Positions 10,201 through 17,256 of a stretch of 42,328 bases of DNA are shown in pieces. The translations under genes were made by a program, and so were the position numbers. Origin of the DNA: a virus (lineage: Duplodnaviria; Caudoviricetes); the IMG/VR virus record IMGVR_UViG_3300034066_000621, positions 1 through 42,328 of that record. One strand, 5' to 3'. The notes under the pieces were generated by a model. The model was not told where the DNA came from and did no database searches. It saw only the letters and a list, made by a program, of their open reading frames with translations. How positions within the stretch are numbered: the stretch's first letter is position 1; the number at the start of each line of letters is the position of its first letter.

Positions 10201-12022
10201 ATGTTACGGAACCTGTTAGTAAATTTTTAGTAACTGTAAAACCAACAACAGTAGGAGGAACTGGTTGAGAACCAGAATCAAATTGAAATGATAATGACCT
10301 AGGACTAAATACCAATCCTTTTCTTAACTCTTGTAAATTTCCACCATTAAATGTTTTAGTTTCTTCAACCAAAACAGGAATATAATTGTTATTTATATCA
10401 TAAAATTGAAATCTATATACAAATGTTTCTACCGGCAAAATTCTAGGAACAGATTGTACGAATGTAACTTCGTCTGGTGAAAATGATGTTTCTTGTGATG
10501 CTTTTAAACTAACATCAGCTATATGCCAATCAGTTCCTCTTACATCAAAATATAATTTAGCATTATCTATTTGTTCAGCTTTTATATTTTCATTAATATT
10601 TTGTTTTTGAAGTAAAGCATTCTGCGTTTCTAAGGTTACTATACTTTGTGTAACTTGAAGTGTAGTTGGTACTCCGTTTATAGTAGTTTGTTTAGAACCA
10701 CTTAAGTAAGCTTGAATATAATTATCAGTGTTACCTATTGCTTCTTTTCTAACATTAAAATCCAACGTGTATTCACTACCTTCGGTTATATTGAAAGCGT
10801 TTTTTGTAAAGAATTTTTGAATTCCAGAGGTACTATTTAATTTTATAGAATCAAATAAAAATGTTTGATTAAATGAAGTTATTAAATTATTAGATGATGT
10901 TGCCCAATATTCTTTAAAATTAGTATTGTCAAACAATCCATAGTTTTCTTGATTTTTTGTAGTAGATGCCAAATCAACTAAAATTTCATTTGATTCTAAT
11001 TGTATTTCTTGAACAAATTGAAAATCAGATAAATCGGTTGTTGATTTTCTAAATATTTTAACTCTAGCAACATCTCCAACAAATGTAGTTAAATCAGTAA
11101 TATTAATTTTAGCAAAAGAACCAGTCAATGCTGTTTTTAAATTATCAACTCCTTCAGTATAATTAAATACAGCTGTATATGGTTCTGATTCTATACTTGT
11201 AACGAATCCGTTTTCAGTATATGGTGGTTGTACTAATATTTCCCTTGAGTTTACTATTTGTGTTACCAAAGGTCTATATGGTACAAGTGGAGCTGCGCTT
11301 CCAAGTGGTGAGGTTGTATCTGGTACTAATAGATTTGTTTCTAAATAAGTTCCAATCATAGAACCTGTCCAAAATGAGTTACCAACAGTTTCTAATAGAT
11401 ATGTAGTTGGTGATGTATAATTTGATAATAAAGTACCGGCAATTGGGTTTTGTGCAATACCATTTATAATTCCACTTTGTGTTTTTGGTGTAACTACATT
11501 TGAAAATATTGGTTTAACTATTTCAGTAATATTAACTGTAGGTCTTCTGTAAAATCTTACTTTATCTTCATTTACAAGTAATTTATTAATTTTAAATTCT
11601 CGTTCCCACTTAACATTATAAATACCAGCCCATTCATCTGGAATTGGTTGTACGATACCATCAGCATCTATGTAAGTTTTTAATTCACCCAATACGGTAA
11701 TTTTTGCATTACCAATTGGAGTATCTTCATATATGTAAACAGCAATAACTTTTGATAATCCCTCATAATATTCAGGAACACCATCACCAGGTTCGAAATA
11801 AATTGGATTACCATCAACATCCAATATTTCTATTTTTATATCCGTACTTTCTTTTAGGTACTCAGAACCTTCTATTAAAAATCCGTTCTTACCACCAGTA
11901 AAAGATTCTTTAAATTCAGTAATTCTAAAATACTGAGAATTTGGATTAGAATCTACAACAAATGTCTGATATATTGTTAATGGTTGTGTTAGATTATCTG
12001 CGAATTTTTTTATTCTTGCCAT
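4271..12022 (-). CDS. Giant tail fibre / receptor-binding structural protein with C-terminal intramolecular chaperone (peptidase S74-like)
   Basis: C-terminal SDERLK..IEKIKEL..FKFK..IGVIAQDVE..VDYDSL..KAIQEL plus coiled coil. RG.W...T.Y carbohydrate-binding-like repeats, a G-X-S triplet run, and a beta-rich S/T/G-rich body. Confidence 0.85.
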   Translation of the reverse strand: MARIKKFADNLTQPLTIYQTFVVDSNPNSQYFRITEFKESFTGGKNGFLIEGSEYLKESTDIKIEILDVDGNPIYFEPGDGVPEYYEGLSKVIAVYIYEDTPIGNAKITVLGELKTYIDADGIVQPIPDEWAGIYNVKWEREFKINKLLVNEDKVRFYRRPTVNITEIVKPIFSNVVTPKTQSGIINGIAQNPIAGTLLSNYTSPTTYLLETVGNSFWTGSMIGTYLETNLLVPDTTSPLGSAAPLVPYRPLVTQIVNSREILVQPPYTENGFVTSIESEPYTAVFNYTEGVDNLKTALTGSFAKINITDLTTFVGDVARVKIFRKSTTDLSDFQFVQEIQLESNEILVDLASTTKNQENYGLFDNTNFKEYWATSSNNLITSFNQTFLFDSIKLNSTSGIQKFFTKNAFNITEGSEYTLDFNVRKEAIGNTDNYIQAYLSGSKQTTINGVPTTLQVTQSIVTLETQNALLQKQNINENIKAEQIDNAKLYFDVRGTDWHIADVSLKASQETSFSPDEVTFVQSVPRILPVETFVYRFQFYDINNNYIPVLVEETKTFNGGNLQELRKGLVFSPRSLSFQFDSGSQPVPPTVVGFTVTKNLLTGSVTYTSQSFDFFGNELFGSDYTASFTGQRYPGLLSDITSDTPTMTVGNFTGSRGDKLVQLVKITGEVEGFTDTVIFTKVLDGFGGVNHIIRPYRGTQIRNSSTASLEIQAVRIDGVNDIELSSTTKPEKGWPDKQLHILVTGSSATGFREKFVNLEYALSSSYIYGLNSGSLGSGEINYNAVFNRDSIDFRRTIYLISSQSAASDWAFNTSGSVVASIILEDLQDGLDSGIVTYNADSFTINPRTETTFRPSFGFATASFAKRGTAAAEIESVTASFQIYPSMSINKDWVPEYWMYYHTQSLNPTITVVAKDENKITIPSQKPEGPESLYVRSPLSQTKNLTLTFTYTEPWTSASVSLDKTFTIVPEGKPGDESIVFEVNPIAITLGANSRGIVNDYKPSITDIRLKQGARYLAFSSSASESNKLETHGTFYILNASTSSIIDSNITAGNVHFTSSFGTQYTASLIVSASSNMTDLSGSIEYPLIIHPYFTSSIYTASVVVNYTKVLEGAPPIQITISPANATLTADEVGFVTPSGYLAANTTIQVKEGDDFLKLTTTESFANADARKGTYTINSIQTPIVGVDMFSIMTGSFSQSMSSSKTGLTGRINYDRFDYPYVSASALYTIQVYPYALGAGHLPTSSIYTRTQTFTKNVTPPKARSIDFKATSYTVNYDRNGRVSAASQEPIALSATAFNTTSSAERVFITISDIASDGSESGEQTIAGDIGSNPVTFTLPPVNYNDISPDTIKTFKVKITDGNPYVSPTLNPYRAEAQLTISGVKAGADSYKLVASNESTSITADLWGPYVFSNTGMKITTFNGTQQLINQHPLPQANLFDTNLDYNGDPIGALGFSSASIVYKDNWITSPTILTGNPAETANITAWQSPAVNTSGKIVYRVDFEGDSSTTDPLVRPLARQTQFVTQSIAVQFTPPPPYDVKMENENAAAVYRVSGEFDLGSTSNVIRVYRGATELVNTSTMPATDTDAYGVSGLSKDKCRVSISSVSPANVVTLGGIVAPYEGKFVSGAPATFAGIATWTDPENNPLVNIVYQIDCEGRQTIFKTQSLSVQFEGNVGPGIVMRGEWSPLTDYIGSHQTSNSRRDAVIYSPVPGTTKYYGAISGSGPNTYNNPTIVPGQDGYYTGATPPAGYNKIDFKYPTPDGTNVYWEYLGEEEFFVAAKIAIFEESYVKNTINVGTKDGTSGFANIVLAGGRPDPYIAIGQNSTVGTAGTSGTTVTTGVIGYNKPGIFLGIYENGSSGTTGRFSIKTTGTSGKGMSWDGDTLTIIGSIRQVTPGVPEGSFRGPWASATIYYPNDTVSYNGSSYINSVNHTSTNNTNIDTGYPPNATNTWTVFAAGGTSGTSGASGTSGVSGTSGTGGGPGPGVSFRGNFSTSTLYFHTPTRKDIVRVGSTYYLVNNTSLNGQDGTAWGTPTGANANWVSFGAQFSSVATDVLLAQDATITRGLVMGVEGTSGTSGFIRSADASNILDGQGFYMDAGGRLRFGEAVLPGNNYIYFNGATLDVSGVLNATEGNIGGWSITSAGLQYTSADSNRQLKLNSTRGAFEVFYSGSLVVDVNSNPSLTNLTAATAVFSETTNVPLGTIQGDGTPKYGATATATCTLVAGRTYEFSWGTGFIPTVTLGGDWGAIGYGLIFSTNSTPTQENAAFILSDGVYSNTGGTVQLESFNSVFTAAASATYYVRPYIDLYSSEQIEIFTPPYYDYQYVSGYLNDALYFYGTSIVPSIEKTEMVGGGIQIIKDTNTFFKVDRNATGGVGDPFIKTMGASVEFRGDSISAANDFTVGSFENFTIGSSGGYIAASAGSVMSIYDTQAAGSASGGMRINSNNFIRLEPNGPGGYFAYVGYSNNANLQIKVANGTNPSDERLKTEIEILEDGSIEKIKELSLKKFKFKDCETGEPIGHKKIGVIAQDVEKTSLNGLVLDESNGLQLQVDYDSLLGHALKAIQELSKKLDKLENEISSSKI
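6091..6150 (-). repeat. 9-bp-period repeat encoding collagen-like G-X-S triplets (GTSGTSGASGTSGVSGTSGTG)
   Basis: Directly visible repeated accaga(a/c)gt units in the tail-fibre gene. Confidence 0.85.
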
Positions 12023-12043
12023 ATATGATTCCTATTAATTATT

Positions 12044-12052
12044 AATAAATAT
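12044..12052 (-). promoter_or_regulatory. Putative phage promoter for the tail fibre (ATATTTATT)
   Basis: One mismatch to consensus, 21 nt upstream of ATG 12022. Confidence 0.55.
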
Positions 12053-12060
12053 TGAGTTTA

Positions 12061-12069
12061 ATATTTATA
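12061..12069 (+). promoter_or_regulatory. Putative phage promoter ATATTTATA for the plus-strand RHH gene
   Basis: Exact motif, on the plus strand upstream of the only plus-strand gene. Confidence 0.6.
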
Positions 12070-12076
12070 ATTACTA

Positions 12077-12109
12077 AAAACTAAAGAAAACTAAAGAAAA
12101 CTAAAGAAA
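12077..12109 (+). repeat. Three tandem 10-bp direct repeats AAAACTAAAG (putative operator)
   Basis: 12077-12086, 12087-12096 and 12097-12106 are identical, followed by a partial copy; they lie between the promoter motif and ATG 12114. Confidence 0.85.
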
Positions 12110-12113
12110 CGTT

Positions 12114-12287
12114 ATGAAAAAATACGCAATGATACAAATAGATGCTGAAATACACCAAGCATTAAAAGAATTTTGTAAAGAGAAAGGATATAAGATAAAT
12201 GGGTTAGTAGAAACCCTTATAAAAGAAAAGGTGCAGTCTTTAAATAAGACCACACCTAAAAATGTATTACCGGTTACTAGAAGTTAA
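12114..12287 (+). CDS. 57-aa ribbon-helix-helix (CopG/Arc-like) DNA-binding protein, missing from the ORF track
   Basis: MKKYAMIQIDAEIHQALKEFCKEKGYKINGLVETLIKEKVQSLNKTTPKNVLPVTRS*: alternating beta strand (AMIQI), helix, G turn, helix. Overlaps the stop of the convergent gene by 11 nt. Confidence 0.75.
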   Translation: MKKYAMIQIDAEIHQALKEFCKEKGYKINGLVETLIKEKVQSLNKTTPKNVLPVTRS

Positions 12288-15200
12288 TCTTACTAAAACC
12301 ATCTATTTTTTTAATTTCAATAAGTCCATCCACAATATCTCTCATTTGTTCTAAGTGAGAAATTACCCAAATAAAATCAAATTGAGTTTTAAGATATTGC
12401 ATCATCATAAATAAGGATGATAGGTTATCTGCATCTAATGTTCCAAACCCTTCATCAATTACTAAGAAGTTAGGTCTAGGTAGGTTGCATATGTTAATTA
12501 GAGCCACTCTAATCGCTAATCCCGATATGAACTTCTCCATACCACTACACATCTCTAAAGCCCACTCCTGGTCTTCGTAAACGATTTTAGCGTTAATGTT
12601 CTTTCCATCAGTATCCATTGATATTGAGAAGTCCACTACTTGTCCTAATATGTTGTTCACTTCATTTTCAATTGCTGGGAGTGCTTTAGATATTAGTTCA
12701 TAAGGTACTCCATCTTTCTTAACCGCATCTAAGTAGAATGTATATAATTGGTTTTTAGTTTCCAATTCCTTAACTTCTTCCATCTTAGCTACCATATTAT
12801 CTATGTAGGTTTTGGTTGCACCTACTTCGGACATTAATTTCAACATAAGTTTGTTCACATCTGAAATTTGTTTTTCTACACCTTGCTTTAATCTACGAAC
12901 ATTTTGGATTTGAATATCTAATGCTTGATTCTTTGTAATCGTTTCTACATTATCATTATATCGTTTAATATCTGCATTTACAGTTTCGTTTTGAGTTTGT
13001 AACAATTCAATTTTAGAATCTGCAGTTCTAATATCACCTTCCAATCTTTCTGTAACATTAACTAATCTTTTGTATTCATCGGTATATTCTTTCCATTGTT
13101 TGAATTGTTCTTCTACACCTTCCCAAGAATCTAAAGTTTGTTGAATACCCGTACATTGTATAGTTGCATTTTTAACAAATCCTTCCAATTCAGGCAATGC
13201 TTCTTTTGCTCTCATTGCATCTTTAACAAATTCATTATCGCAACAAAATTTACAATTTGGGTCATATTCATGCTTATCCAAATGATTAATCTTTTCTTTG
13301 GCGGAATCTAATTGTGATTTTACTATTGAATACGCTTTTTCTGCTTCAATTAAAACTTTTTGTTCTCGTTGGTAATTTGAATATACAACTTCTATACCAA
13401 TTCCGTTTATGGTAACTTTAGAATCAACCATTTCTTTAGCTTCTCTAACCAATTCTTTTGCTTCCGTAAGTTTTTGGGTTTTATCAAACTTAGTATCACC
13501 CCAAGTAGTTAATTCACCATCAATCTTTTTAAGTTTACGATTTAGTTCATCAATATCTAAATTACCTTGAATTGGAATAATTTGTTGAGATAATCCTACA
13601 ATTTGTTCTTCTAAATCAGCTTTACGAGTTTCTAATTCTAACTTCTCAGAATCCAATTCACCATACTCAACTTTCTTTTCGTTTAAGTCGTTTTCTTTTT
13701 GGGCTAATTCCGAAGTGAAGTCGGTCTTTCTGAAATTTCTGATAAGTGCATTCACATCTTTGATATCGTTAGTAGCCGTTTCGTACAATTTATCAAATAT
13801 ATCCAAGCCCATAAACTGAGCCATCAAATCTTTCCTTTCGGATTGTGATTTATCAATGAAAAGGGCATTATTAGCTTGTAATGATAGAGCAGTCATTATG
13901 AAATCCTCATATCTTCCTACATAGGTTTCAATGACTTGGTTTGTATCTCTACGTTCCGTTCCATTAAGTGATTCTCTACCACTATCTCCCTCTCTCCAAA
14001 AGTCTACATCCACTTTTACGTTTTTTCCCTTATTAATAGTTCTTCCCTCTCTACGAATACCATATACAACTCCATCAACGGAGAATTCTAATTGGCAATG
14101 GAAATCTGCTTTACGATTATTCATAATAGCAGATGCTTTGTAAGCCCTACTACACTTATCGAATAAACAAAATGAGATTGCATCGAATAGAGATGATTTA
14201 CCTTGTGCATTTGGTGCGAATAATCCCATCAATCCGTTTATCTTATCGAAGTTGATTACGTTTCTCTCTCCGTATGAGAACATATTACTGAAATCAAACT
14301 TAATTGGTTTCCAGCTTATGTTTCTTTGTAGTTCTGATGGTTGTATTCTACTATTAATGTCACGATTGATTTTCTCTATCCCAGCTAAATCCTCCTTTGT
14401 CACAAATGGCATCATACGTTCAATATACTCACCTATTAAAGAGTTTTGATGGTTTATATCAGCCACACTATCTACTTCCAACCTTGCTTCTCTATCGTTG
14501 GTTTTCTTCTTATTAAAGGTATCCGTTCTAATGATTGTAAAATCCTCTACACCATACTTTGCCGTAATATCAGCCATCATTCTCTTTGTATCTGCGGTAT
14601 CCGTATTTGTTACCCTCACTCTTAAACGAGGGTATAACGGCATATCAGTTACATCCGGAACAATACCACCATCAACATCTAAAGTATAGTATCCGTAATC
14701 GTTTTGGATATCAACTTCCTCATAAGTCATTGTATCTAAATCCCAAACTAAGAATCCGTGCTTGTCAAGCGTTTCACCAAAGTTTTGTTGTACCAAAGAA
14801 CCGGCATATACCACCTTACATCCGCTTGGTGATATCATCTCTTGTCTTTTATGGATATCTCCTAATAAGGCTAAATCATATCCATCGAATATATCAGTTG
14901 TGAAGTGTCTACTACTAACCACATACCCCACATCGGTTGTAGAGTTATCAACAGGTCCGTGAAATAGTGCAATCTTTTTGTTTCCAAATAGAGTGTTTGC
15001 TTTAGGCCAATTATCTTTGTTATCAAATATACTAAATACTGCAAAATCAACCCCACCAATGCCATAAACTTGCGTATCTCTTAAATACGTTAGATTTGGT
15101 AATTTTAATGCATCAACGATTGGAGTAAGTACATCCATTCTATCCGAATTGTTCATATTACAATCGTGATTGCCAGCGATTACAATTGTAGGACATAATT

Positions 15201-15420
15201 TGTTACATTCAGTAAACAACCAGCTAATCTCACTAACCAATTCAGGACTCATTTCCAATTTAGCATGAGCGATATCACCAGCTAAGTAGATAATGGAATC
15301 TTCCGTTCCTCTTTTTTGTATTTCCTCAAACATTGAGTAAAATACTTGTCTAAACTCTTTGTGTCTTTTGATATTACGGATGTGTATATCCGCAATGTGA
15401 TAAATTCTCTTTAAGCTCAT
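12277..15420 (-). CDS. Fused Mre11/SbcD nuclease - Rad50/SbcC ATPase (T4 gp47-gp46-like)
   Basis: Phosphoesterase motifs DIH, GDI, GNHD, FHG, GDIH. Walker A APNAQGKSS, zinc hook CKFC inside the coiled coil, signature CSGME, Walker B/D-loop LVIDEGFGTLD, H-loop ISH. Confidence 0.92.
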   Translation of the reverse strand: MSLKRIYHIADIHIRNIKRHKEFRQVFYSMFEEIQKRGTEDSIIYLAGDIAHAKLEMSPELVSEISWLFTECNKLCPTIVIAGNHDCNMNNSDRMDVLTPIVDALKLPNLTYLRDTQVYGIGGVDFAVFSIFDNKDNWPKANTLFGNKKIALFHGPVDNSTTDVGYVVSSRHFTTDIFDGYDLALLGDIHKRQEMISPSGCKVVYAGSLVQQNFGETLDKHGFLVWDLDTMTYEEVDIQNDYGYYTLDVDGGIVPDVTDMPLYPRLRVRVTNTDTADTKRMMADITAKYGVEDFTIIRTDTFNKKKTNDREARLEVDSVADINHQNSLIGEYIERMMPFVTKEDLAGIEKINRDINSRIQPSELQRNISWKPIKFDFSNMFSYGERNVINFDKINGLMGLFAPNAQGKSSLFDAISFCLFDKCSRAYKASAIMNNRKADFHCQLEFSVDGVVYGIRREGRTINKGKNVKVDVDFWREGDSGRESLNGTERRDTNQVIETYVGRYEDFIMTALSLQANNALFIDKSQSERKDLMAQFMGLDIFDKLYETATNDIKDVNALIRNFRKTDFTSELAQKENDLNEKKVEYGELDSEKLELETRKADLEEQIVGLSQQIIPIQGNLDIDELNRKLKKIDGELTTWGDTKFDKTQKLTEAKELVREAKEMVDSKVTINGIGIEVVYSNYQREQKVLIEAEKAYSIVKSQLDSAKEKINHLDKHEYDPNCKFCCDNEFVKDAMRAKEALPELEGFVKNATIQCTGIQQTLDSWEGVEEQFKQWKEYTDEYKRLVNVTERLEGDIRTADSKIELLQTQNETVNADIKRYNDNVETITKNQALDIQIQNVRRLKQGVEKQISDVNKLMLKLMSEVGATKTYIDNMVAKMEEVKELETKNQLYTFYLDAVKKDGVPYELISKALPAIENEVNNILGQVVDFSISMDTDGKNINAKIVYEDQEWALEMCSGMEKFISGLAIRVALINICNLPRPNFLVIDEGFGTLDADNLSSLFMMMQYLKTQFDFIWVISHLEQMRDIVDGLIEIKKIDGFSKINF

Positions 15421-16355
15421 ATATTATTTAGTTTGGATAGAACTAAGTCATCCCATCCAGTTTGTTTTGCTCCCTTTAATAGTTCGTTTACTTTTTTGAA
15501 TCCCATTTCACCAGCATCTTTATCGGTTGGTATAATGTTACGAACTTTGATTCCGTTCTTTAAAAAGTAATCAGTATGTTTAGTTGAATCTGCAATAGCA
15601 TCTGAATCTAACATAATAGTTACTTCCTTAACTCCTTTCTCTATAATCTTATTCTTTAATTTACTTAATAAGAACTTACCAAGCAAAGGAATACAATTTC
15701 TTTTAATTGAAAATGAATCGAATACACCCTCACACAAAGTAATGGGTTCATTCCAATTTATTTGATTATCAAACACAATTACATCTCTATTAACCGGTGG
15801 ATTCTTATACTTCATTCGTTCTTCTTTGTAATATGAACGAGCTACGAAGTAATTTAAGTCACCATTCTCATCATACGAAGGTACAATGATTCTGCCAAAG
15901 TATAATCCATCAGAACAATATCCGATGTTGTATTTAACGATATCAGCTTGGGTAATTCCTCTTTCTTTAAGGTAATTAATAGCTTGATTGTATTCAGGTT
16001 GGAATCCATTTGGTTTGAAGTGTAATTGTTTGAATTCTGATGGTAATTGTAACTTAGCTACATACTCATCTTTCTCAACTAATGTATAATCATCTTCACC
16101 ATAGATATCTTTTAATCTATTTAGGTCTCTTATATCTACATTGAGTTTACGAAGAAGGGATTGGATACTCCTACCCTTAGAATCACATACCCAGCAGTGC
16201 CATCTTTGAGTATCTAAGTTTACTTGAAGTTTTTTCTTATGGTGGTTACAAAATGGACAATGGTGAGCCTGCTCATTTCCCTTTAAGGATGAACCTACAC
16301 CTAATGTGGTGTCTAAAATGTTAATGACCGTTAGTTTATTCTTCCCAAATAGCAT
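15417..16355 (-). CDS. DNA primase (DnaG/T4 gp61-like)
   Basis: Zinc finger CPFC..H..HCWVC, YLKERGI, RIIVP, KYKNP, TOPRIM EGVFD and DSD. ATGA overlap with the next gene. Confidence 0.9.
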   Translation of the reverse strand: MLFGKNKLTVINILDTTLGVGSSLKGNEQAHHCPFCNHHKKKLQVNLDTQRWHCWVCDSKGRSIQSLLRKLNVDIRDLNRLKDIYGEDDYTLVEKDEYVAKLQLPSEFKQLHFKPNGFQPEYNQAINYLKERGITQADIVKYNIGYCSDGLYFGRIIVPSYDENGDLNYFVARSYYKEERMKYKNPPVNRDVIVFDNQINWNEPITLCEGVFDSFSIKRNCIPLLGKFLLSKLKNKIIEKGVKEVTIMLDSDAIADSTKHTDYFLKNGIKVRNIIPTDKDAGEMGFKKVNELLKGAKQTGWDDLVLSKLNNI

Positions 16356-16372
16356 ATTATGTATATTCTATA

Positions 16373-16404
16373 CAAATATACAACTTTTTTGGGAATTATC
16401 CAAA
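16373..16404 (-). promoter_or_regulatory. Bacteroidota primary-sigma promoter (-33 TTTG / -7 TAnnTTTG)
   Basis: Minus strand TTTG (16404-16401), 20-nt spacer, TATATTTG (16380-16373), 17 nt upstream of the primase ATG. Confidence 0.75.
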
Positions 16405-16605
16405 TTAATGATTGGAATTCTTTACATCGTAAAGGAAATCAGCTAAAAACTGCATTTTTGCTGCAATTGGAGCTTTTGGTTGGTTTGCTTCCAACATTCC
16501 TTTAAGGTCTACTAAAGATGCAGCTGCTATTTGTAGTGCATCATCTTTTGCGTTTAAATAAGCTTCGGAGATTCCGTACTTGTGTGCGATTTCAGGTATT
16601 GTCAT
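16405..16605 (-). CDS. Hypothetical 66-aa helical protein
   Basis: Fills the gap in the co-oriented gene array, ATG start. Confidence 0.65.
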   Translation of the reverse strand: MTIPEIAHKYGISEAYLNAKDDALQIAAASLVDLKGMLEANQPKAPIAAKMQFLADFLYDVKNSNH

Positions 16606-16609
16606 AACT

Positions 16610-17020
16610 TTAATTTATAATATCCCTACGGAAGAATTTTCCCATAAGGTTTTCGTTTATTGCTTGTTCATTGGCCAGTACATCGTAATGAAACTGCCAT
16701 TTAATTTCGTAATATGATAAGGATTTTTTGGAAAAGCAAAACTGAATGATTTCTCTTTCAAAATCATCAGCTCTACCCTCTTTTACTTCGGATTTAATCC
16801 ATTCGTTTGATGAATAGTATTTCTCCCAATCGGAAGCACTTCTAACAACTCTCTTTCTAGTCTTGCCCTTAAGGGGCTTCAATCTTCGAACCTGATTTAG
16901 GGATTTCTTCCCTATATAAAATCTACCAGTTGGTATGTGTATCATTTTATAGACAAACCCAACTGCACCTTCCGGTGTATTTTCCTCCGTAACAATATTT
17001 CCATTAAATTTCCAACTCAT
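16610..17020 (-). CDS. GIY-YIG-superfamily nuclease-like protein
   Basis: GFVY(10 aa)YIGKK, downstream SDWEKYYSS, a conserved E (YYEIK) and a C-terminal N (INEN). Confidence 0.7.
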   Translation of the reverse strand: MSWKFNGNIVTEENTPEGAVGFVYKMIHIPTGRFYIGKKSLNQVRRLKPLKGKTRKRVVRSASDWEKYYSSNEWIKSEVKEGRADDFEREIIQFCFSKKSLSYYEIKWQFHYDVLANEQAINENLMGKFFRRDIIN

Positions 17021-17023
17021 TGA

Positions 17024-17215
17024 TTACTTATTAGTAACAGTATCAGAATACTTCGTTGATTGAAGTTTTCCTCCTCTAGCTTTAAGAATAGCTCTTTCAT
17101 CTGTTGCTAAATTCTTGCCACCATCTGGATTGATAGGTGTTTTATCCTTTCCTTTGATATCTATCATACCTGTTTTAGGTGGAGTTTTTGTGTATATATC
17201 TAAAATACTTGCCAT
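17024..17215 (-). CDS. Hypothetical 63-aa basic protein
   Basis: Co-oriented ORF with ATATTTATA motif at 17234-17242. Confidence 0.65.
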   Translation of the reverse strand: MASILDIYTKTPPKTGMIDIKGKDKTPINPDGGKNLATDERAILKARGGKLQSTKYSDTVTNK

Positions 17216-17233
17216 TTTGTTTGTTTATTTGAA

Positions 17234-17242
17234 TATAAATAT
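17234..17242 (-). promoter_or_regulatory. Putative phage promoter ATATTTATA
   Basis: Exact motif upstream of ATG 17215. Confidence 0.65.
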
Positions 17243-17256
17243 AAAGTAAAACCTTT

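Noticed and set aside
12077-12109. Repeats as a CRISPR array
   Set aside because: 10-bp units with no spacers; no CRISPR array or cas gene is visible in the window.
16610-17020. Intron-encoded homing endonuclease
   Set aside because: Flanking gaps are only 3-4 nt and no interrupted gene is evident; there is no room for intron RNA structure.
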